DNA of 64,000 nucleotides from contig NIVC01000114.1 of assembly GCA_002269645.1 (NCBI GenBank), positions 434,001 to 498,000 on the forward strand. The letters are read 5' to 3'. The notes beneath the pieces were generated by a model. That model had not been told where the DNA came from, made no database searches, and saw only the letters and a list, made by a program, of their open reading frames with translations. This document shows, piece after piece, positions 35,101-44,100 of the stretch (positions are counted from its first letter, which is position 1; every line of letters begins with the position of its first letter). The DNA comes from Macrostomum lignano. Its lineage: Eukaryota. The position numbers were made by a program, and so were the translations under genes.

Positions 35101-38100
35101 TGCTAAATATTGCTCAAAAGAAAGGAAAATAAAAAAGGTCCTTTGCCTGACACCAATTGGAAAAATGTGCGTTAAAATAGCTATATCAGATTCAGCACAA
35201 ATGTTGCCAACGAAGTGAGCGATGATGAAATTACCGGTATGAGCAAAATGACAGGTTTGTAACGAAACACGACTTAAAAACATGAGAATGTAATTACATG
35301 GGCTATGACAACATAGCAATTACACTTCAGCATGTTGAACGTATTACAAAAGCTATCAGATAGTTTAAAAGAGCAATAAAGCAAATAACTACGAGTACAT
35401 TTTAAGTCATGCGATATTTTAAGTAAATCAAAGCCTATGCGTTAGTTTAAAAATAAATTTGAATATGCTCATAAACAATAATATAAGATTGGAAAATGTC
35501 GAGAAATTTAATGTCGATAAACGAAAGTATGAAAAAAAATGAATTAGACTGGCTTGATTATGGATAGCAATAAATGATGCAATCGTCGTAAGTCGTTCAA
35601 ATAAATGTCAATGATGCATCCCTCACGTTTAGTCACTGTTGAAGATCTGGAGGCCGCTTCCTCTTCCGGGATGGTGCATCAGATTGGCCAAGACGGAAGT
35701 GGCCGAACGGGAGGCTGTCATTTGCGCTGATCCAGGCCCGTTTGTCTTCCCAGATGGTGAGGGCTCGCTTCCTCTGTCGAATTGTGAACACTTCATGTCG
35801 ATGGCTTGCAATTCGGTGTGTAACAACATCAAGCGTCTTCAATGATTCAAATGCAGCAACATAGTCCGCGTGATTAATTTGCTGCTTCAGTACGGCTCTC
35901 TGAATTCCTTTTGCGGCCTTCTTGTGAGCGGAAGCGGCGGAGCTTTGAAAACTTTACAGTTTTGGTCGGAGGAGAATCCACTCTTTGTACTCAATTCCGC
36001 AGGATTCATCCTTGACACAACCGAGTTTGGCTTTCAACTCTGTAGACTTAAGCGGGTGGCCGTCAACATAGTTTGATGTGTCAAGAATCCGCCTTTTGAT
36101 TAACTCTGGCAGGAACTCTTGCACAGGGTCAATATTCCTGATGCAAAGGAAAAAAGAATCTGTGTCACCTCCACAGAGCTGTAGCCGATCTTTCTCGTCT
36201 TCAAACCACGGTTTAAGTTTGTTGTACCACAGCGAATACATAAACAACTTAGATAAATCAAGGACGCACTGACCTATGTAAATTGGTCTGTCCAGGCACA
36301 CGGTTGTTTTGCTCAGCTCAAATATGCTCAAGTCCTGGTTGATGATAATGACTTCTTTTAAATTGGGCTTTGAAGCCAAAACCCTGGCCTTTACCTCGGA
36401 ATTGCAGATTCTGATCAATCTCCGTTTCCTGACGTTTTCCATCGTCTTTCCAAATACCGAATTAATCTTGAGCTTGTAGTAGAACTTCTCAAACTCTGAC
36501 TTTGATGCAATCCTTCGCTCAGTATTCTTGCGAATGTAAGGATCCAGGATAGCAGCCTGCGAGAACTGTATTGCTCGCTTAAATTTAGCGACTAGCATTC
36601 CCTGCTCAATGTAGAATTTCAGAGTTCTGCTGTGAACGACGTAGCTCTGCTTGTCAAAGCAAGTTAGCAACAGTTTTTTACAACTATTATAGTTATGGCC
36701 ATCTGGATTCAAACGTTGCCATAGATCTTGCATGAACTCTGGAAAGTCTGCAAACTCCAGTTGGGATTTCTCCGGTGCCAGTGGCAAGTCACTCGTTTTG
36801 TCATGAATTTCGGGTGGGCAAATCAGGTCAACCTCGACCAGAAATGCTGTTGGCGCAACGTCTGGGTGATTCAAAATAGTGGCATCAGTCCAAGTCATCA
36901 GTTCTTCAGGCTCAACCCACTTGAATTCTTTGTAGGGCAGCTGCATTGATAGCGCAACACCGTAAAGATTATTGACATCAAGAGGAATGAGTGATGCTGA
37001 CTCTTTTGCTGACTTCTCCATCGCCACCTGATGTACATTAACAAAACACATACCACCACGAATACCTTCTTCAAACATCCTATACATTGTGTTGTCAGTT
37101 AGTAGCTCCAGCTTGACTCCAGTACTTTTCAAAGCCGAAGAGAAGGATAGTCCAGGAGTGGATATGAAGTGGACTGGATCTAATCCATCATCTAGAATAC
37201 TAAGACGCCTGAACGACTCAAAGACATCAGCAAGCTGCCTAACATCAAGCTGGAGGTAAGCAAGCATGTAGTCTTTGAAATTCGCTGCACCAAATTCATC
37301 CCATGCCCTCCTCGCTCGTTCATACTGCTCGGTGGTGCATTCACTCTTTGAGAGGGTGCTGAAAAATTCCTGACGAGGTGGTAGCTCGTTTAGCTCCAAG
37401 TCAGCTGTGCTTTGTACAAACTCATAGGGAAAGACACCTTTGGCTTCAAGAGTGACATCAGTGAGAGCGGGATAGAACTCCTTTAGGGATTCGGTGTGGA
37501 TTCGTTCATCCATCGGTAAATCTCTAATAAGAGAGTCTAAACTGCTGCTTAGAAATTGGAAAGAGTCCAAAAATTGGATCGTGGCATAGAGTGGCACAGT
37601 TTTTCCTTGAATAACGACTTCATTAACTTGCACTTCGGCGGTTAGAGACAGGTATTTCTCTGTCGTAATTGGTACAACACTTAGACGCCAGTGCTTCATT
37701 TTTCCCAGTGCTACAGAAAAGAGAAAATGCATGTCGTAGTTCTTTAGGTTATGGAACAGAACAGGTAAATAGCGTCGCTTTAGCTGAGCAGCAATGTTAC
37801 ACTTGGAGCATGCAGCACCTCGAAATTCACCAGACAGGTGATCATGATCCCAAACCTTTAAAATGGTGTCCTCATTGAACTTCTCATGACAGTAATAGCA
37901 CGTATCGGCTGCTTCAAACAGGCTTTGAGCGTTTGGATCAATAATCTTCGGCTGATAACTGTGGCTCCTGTTCCACTCATAAATTTCGCGCGCAAGCTGT
38001 TCAAGAGAAAGAAGAAGTTGCTCAATGCAGTTCTCTGTCGAAGAGGCTGTAAAGGCTTCATACATTGATTTGGAGTCTCTGAGTGCAGGTCCTTTAACAC

Positions 38101-41100
38101 CTGCTCTTTGGACAATCAGATACCCAGCAGCTGCTGGTGTATGATGAGAAATTTTTTGTAGCCCTGCTGGAATTTCAGTGTTCATGGGAACATTGAAGGA
38201 CTCCAAATCTGCATAAACTACAAATGGTGGAGAAACTGTTTTCTCATAGCTCGTAAAGGACATTATGCTCTTTTCTTTGGTGGGCATAATCTCTTTCACC
38301 GTACAGCTGTTTGATTGGTAACAATCTTCACGATGAGCACTAAGACGCTCAGTAGATTTGAAACCTGTCAAGCATCTCTCGCACCATTTTCTCTGGTGCA
38401 GTCCATCATGACTATTGAGCAGACGGTTGAGATTTACAAACCCACACCAATGTCCTTTTTCAGAGTTGTTGGCTTTTGAAAAAAGTAGCAGTGGAACTAC
38501 GATTCTTCCTTCGGCGACTTCTACCTTTGGCTGTCTTAAAACTTCCACTGTTCCATTCTTCCACGTCAGCACAGTGAAGCACACGTTAGAATTTCTTTTC
38601 TCAACTTGTTCAAGGCTGCTAAGTTGAATTGGCTTCGGAATTCCTTCCAAATCGAGTCCAGGAAGCCAAGCCTGATAGGATGAGAGTCGGTGAGGAGCCT
38701 TGCGAATTCTGTCATCATCGTGGTGCAAGACGGCAATGCAAGCGTACAGGAAGCAATCATCACCTGTACTAGGCGGATTTATAACGGCTTGCTTAGCTTT
38801 AAGATCTCTTGGTAGCTCAAACTTGTCAGCATGACCAATATAGTAGCGAATCCGGTCACCGTATGACACAAAAACGTCAACAAAGTTGACACCACCAAGC
38901 ACCCAGCCGCTACCGTTTGTATTTAACAATTCAATGACTCTTTCGCAACCATTCACTTGAGTAGTCCACCAGGCTTCAAAGTCATCAGCTGAATCCAACT
39001 GCCCCATGGGCACGCTAATCCACTTATCCTCTTCAGCCACCATCTCACCTCCTCTCATTCGCTGCATATGTACATTCAATCTCAATTGAGCACGCACCAA
39101 TTTACTCCTGTCAAGCAGTCTCTCCGATAGAATACGCTCTACGTTTGACCTCATAGCTGCTACGCTGGTGAATGCATCTGGAGTAGCCTGATGATCACCC
39201 TGGCCGTGGCCAGGTTCTGCTTGCTGGCGTTGCTGTTGTCGAATTCGAATGGATTCGAGGACTCCATTGTGTGCACTGATGATTCTGTTTGTGAAGTTCC
39301 CACCTGCATTTTTAAAAAGGTTGTTGCAAACTCAAATTATTCTAAGAGTTCACTTTTTCGTGCATTTTGAACTGTAATACTCAGACTTATACTCATTTAA
39401 TGATATGAATTATTTTATTTTTTTCAGATTTAGATTATTTCCTTATAATTTATCATGAAGCAGCTCATATTGGCTAAGCTATAGGAAGCTTTAAATTCTT
39501 TTCATCGAGAGACTTTTGCAAAGAATCCGATTTTTCGCTCGTTATTGGTTAAGATCATGATAATTAAGCTCAGAAACACAACTAACTTTAGGAGAAAACT
39601 TGCTCATACCTTCATTTTCAACGTTGTCTTTATTCTCCATGTGACCTGCGATGCTGGTGGTGATGCTGGTGCTGGTGTTTGTGGCAGTGCTGCTAGCATC
39701 AGTTGGCTCAGACAAGTCTTCCTTGGGCTCAGACCAGTCTACTTCTTCTTCATCTGACTCAGACCAGTCTTCTTCATCTGACTCAGACCAGTCTTCTTCA
39801 TCTGACTCAGACCAGTCTTCTTCATCTGACTCAGACCAGTCTTCTTCATCAGACTCAGACCAGCCTTCGTCATCCGTCTCAGACCAGTCTTCTTCTTCTT
39901 CACAAAACTCAGACCAGCTCTCATTGGTCATAGGCCAATCTTCGCCAGACTTAGCGTAGTCCACCAAAACTGGAGCGCCTTGAATGGACTGAAAGTGTTT
40001 TCAAATCAAAACAAAACCCATATTTCATTTAAATATGCAAATTTAATGATTAAGTTTACTTATTCGCGCTAAGAGCTTGTAATTAATAGCGTTATACAGT
40101 TGTCTAACAGACATGCCACTTTTAATTATTATTTAAAAAAATCCACTGATTTTTTTAATTTGCGAATCAAATCACACAGAATCTATTTATCTATGAGCGT
40201 ACTTATCTAGATCCATTTTTTATAAAGAAGTAAAGCAAAAACTTTGAAAACTCACTTTCACTGTAGCTAATTTACTAGCAAGTTTATTTTGATTCAGTAG
40301 GGCATGCAATGTTTATTACCTGACAATTAACAGCAGCGAGCTCCATTTGAAACTGCAGCATGCATGCATAAGTTTAAAGAACACTGACCAAGAGTTCGAA
40401 ACATTAGATAAGTTTATTAAGCAATTATATTAGGTGAAAAGTACATCATAAAAATCATTTAATCAACCTATATCCCCTATAGCAACACACCCTAGCATTT
40501 GAAGTAGTCCTGAAAACCATTACAAGCAAAACAGAAGCTGATATGGGTTTCGTTTGAATATTAATATTTGGATAGTGCACACACACAAGTATTTCTTTTT
40601 CTACTCCAATATCCTCATGAATGCTTTACCAACCCACGGTTCTAATATATTGTAACCAACGTCCACACTCCACACCAACCCAAATAAAAACGAATTTGTA
40701 TGAGTACAGAGAAAATAAAATAGGAAATTACAACGGGGTAAGAGTGATTTTATTGCCGTCAACTTGCACAACATACCCAGCTCCACTCACGTGCGGCAAT
40801 AGCAGATTTAAAGTAAAATAGTTAGCACCAGCATTTTCATTAATATCAGCAACATTTGCCGGCGTCATCGTCGTCGTTGGCAGGTCGATGGATGCTAGCA
40901 GCTCATTGAGCTCATCATGACCATTTGCAACAGTAACAGCTGCATCAGTGACTGTGGCTGGAATTTTGGTTGAAGCAGCAGAGTCGGCGCCAACCGGGAT
41001 ACCAGCAGCAGCAGCTGAGTCGGCGTCAACCGGGACACCAGCAGCAGCAGCTGAGTCGGCGCCAACCGGGACACCAGCAGCAGCAGCAGAGTCGGCGCCA

Positions 41101-44100
41101 ACCGGGACACCAGCAGCAGCAGCTGAGTCGGCGCCAACCGGGACACCAGCAGCAGCAGCAGAGTCGGCGCCAACCGGGACACCAGCAGCAGCAGCTGAGT
41201 CGGCGCCAACCGGGACACCAGCAGCAGCAGCTGAGTCGGCGCCAACCGGGACACCAGCAGCAGCAGCTGAGTCGGCGCCAACCGGGACACCAGCAGCAGC
41301 AGCAGAGTCGGCGCCAACCGGGACACCAGCAGCAGCAGCTGAGTCGGCGCCAACCGGGACACCAGCAGCAGCAGCAGAGTCGGCGCCAACCGGGACACCA
41401 GCAGCAGCAGCTGAGTCGGCGCCAACCGGGACACCAGCAGCAGCAGCTGAGTCGGCACCAACCGGGACACCAGCAGCAGCAGAAGCAAAGCCGTCAAGTT
41501 CGATGTCTTCCTCCATCTCGTCGCCTTCTTCTTCAATCATCGAACTATCGATTTGAACCATTTGCTTGCCTCTTATGGATGGAGCACGTCTAATAGGTAC
41601 AATGGCTTGCACTGCGTCAGCTGTCTCAGTTTCCATTCCATTGTTTGGCTGAGGAAGTATCGAGGGTTCTCTAGTATTTACGTCTACGAACTCATCGCTG
41701 GAACTTAGGCTGTCGTTTCGAGCTTGAATTACACCATTAATTACTTGACTGAGCACGCTCGATCGCTGCTTGGCTGCTGCCACTTCCGCCGTTTGATGCT
41801 CCATGTGTCGCCTCGCCGCTCCCATTACCATTCGTCGAAAAGATCGCGCTGTGTCTTTAGTCCCAGGCAGCAATTGGTGACCCCGATGAGCCTTAGATTG
41901 CTTAGCGCTCTTCTTCGCTTCATATAGAGAAACCTTTGAGCACTGCCAGCAGACACTCCACTTCGTCACGTTCGTGCAGTTTTTATGTCGATCCGGTCGG
42001 AGTCCACCTTGTTTGCATTTTTTACAAGTCATGCACACCTCGTATTGCCAATCGGACGACATTCTAATTTGAAATCATTCACTAATAATCGCTACTTGAT
42101 CTTCAGCTGCTGCTCCTCTCTATTTATATTCTTTTCAAATTTACTATCAGCAGTAACGGGCCAGCAGATCTTATATAGGATCCACTTCAATGCATAGCGT
42201 TATACGTTTATAATGGCCTTTTATTCTCAAGTAAATACAAGCAGCCAGTGTAGACTCCATATACCCTCGGCCTCAAGTTTAAATTATCTTATAAAAACGA
42301 AAGGGCCCATTTCATCCTTTTTCAAAACGTTATGCCGACGCATGCATAATACAAACCGTTGCTTTATGACGAAAACAACTTGGAATATAATCTTTAACAG
42401 TAATGGTTCAAAACTTTATTGCCCCTATCGAGCCAGCCAGACAACCCCGATATCACTTCGCTGCAATGCGTTATCTGGAGGGGGCGAAAATTCAAGGCTA
42501 CCTTAAATCAGTTTACAACTTAATTGATCTCTGAAGAAGGCGCAGCCATACTTTGCAAAAAAGAAGCTCCAGGCCGAAAGAGTAAGCAAACAAAAACCTG
42601 CGAATTGGCAAATTTTTAAAAGCATACGAGCCTATTATAATTTCAGTATCTTCTACTATGCATAAATGATTAAAAAACAGTTGCATCTCTATACCATCTC
42701 AAAAGTCAGACACAGCCATTTACATGCACAGTATACGCACAGCACCCACTATTTATTTTATTCATACGCGCTTCTCGTTTTCTGCTCCTACCGCTGCTTT
42801 ATGCTTACATGAAATCCTATACATGTAGTTGCAATGCTCATCCTTCCCCCATACCTGCTGCTCAGCGAAGGCTTGTAAGTTTTAGGCGATCAGGGCTCTA
42901 GGAGCCATCTCTCCAGTGCGTAAACCAGTGACGGAATTTCCACGGAATTTCCTGCGGCCGTGTTCTGCTAACTCCTACTACTTCATTTGCATCATTTTAC
43001 CAAAAGCATCATTTTCCTAAAAGCTCACCCACTGAAAATTTCGCCCCAAACAGCCTCGAATCCGTCGCAGACCTGGGCCGGGTCGGAGGTCAGACCGGCA
43101 GTCGATCTTGTGTGGGCGTTCCGCTGCTGTTGCTATCCAAAACTGGAAGTGCTGCGGCCAGGGTACAGAACTCACATTGCGCCATCAGTGCTGCAGAGCC
43201 TGAGGCAGGAGATGCTGGAGTCTCCATGTCACCTGGTGGCAGCGGCTCCCCCCGGCAAGGACGGACAGCAGCTGAGGATCAGCACCACCTTCCTGGAACG
43301 AAGGCTGCTCAGAAGCCTCACAACTGAGCAGGGACACGTGTTCGTGCTCATCAAGTTCATCATTAAGAAAGTGATTGCAGCTCGAGCCAATGGACTCAAG
43401 ACCTACATAGCCAAGAGTCTGATGTTTTACCTGCTGGATGAGACGCCTGCTGGCTACTGGCAGTCCGAAAACCTCATCAGTCTGGCGAAACGAGCACTTT
43501 CGATTCTGTTGCGGTGTCTGCTGGACAAGGATATTTCAGATGCGGACAAGTGCATGAAGCACTTCTTCATGAGAGATGCCTGGGTGTACTTAAAGAGGCG
43601 CCACAGTGGAAAGAAGCTCATTTCAGATGTTGTGATTGACATCATCGAAAAGCTGTCTGAAGTTGTGTCGTGTTTTTACGAAACGCTGCGACCACTGGAG
43701 GATGCGAAAAACTTCAGCTTTCATCCGTTCCTGGTGCTGCCAGTTTTGATTCCGAGGCCAGTTCCGATGGCATCAAACCTGCAGTTCCACGATGTGTATG
43801 ACGCGATCCGGTCCATTCTGCTGAACTTGGCTCATGAAGAGTGCCGCGAAGAAGACAAAAAGGTCATGATGAAGCTGGCTCGTAGAGTTCCCAACTACGC
43901 TGCATGTCCGAAGTACTGCCTCTTCGCGCTGATCTACTTGAAATTCGAAATGCGCTACGCGGCGCGAAGGGTCTTGCGCTCGTTCCGCTATCACCAGGTC
44001 AGCCGAGGACTGTCACGCTGGAAGGTGCGCGCCACTGACGCAGAGTCTGAGTTGGCGGTGTGGCAGCACCTGGAAAGAGCCAGTTCGGTTTGGAAGCTCC

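Larger units (their letters stand above)
26183..42982. mobile_element. Full-length Polinton/Maverick (adintovirus-like) element, 16.8 kb
   Basis: Starts AGTAGTAG and ends CTACTACT. It has ~412-bp TIRs and a 6-bp TSD TCATTT (26177-26182 and 42983-42988), and encodes integrase, pPolB, ATPase, protease and capsid proteins. Confidence 0.97.

Noticed and set aside
35038-35319. 93-aa hydrophobic ORF in the Polinton
   Set aside because: AT-rich region between convergent genes, non-ATG start and no motif; probably 3' UTR sequence.
40895-41593. Alternative-frame ORFs (poly-Leu, poly-Gln, AAAAESAPTGTP) over the 36-nt repeat
   Set aside because: Artefacts of the in-frame repeat; only the 444-aa frame has unique flanking domains.
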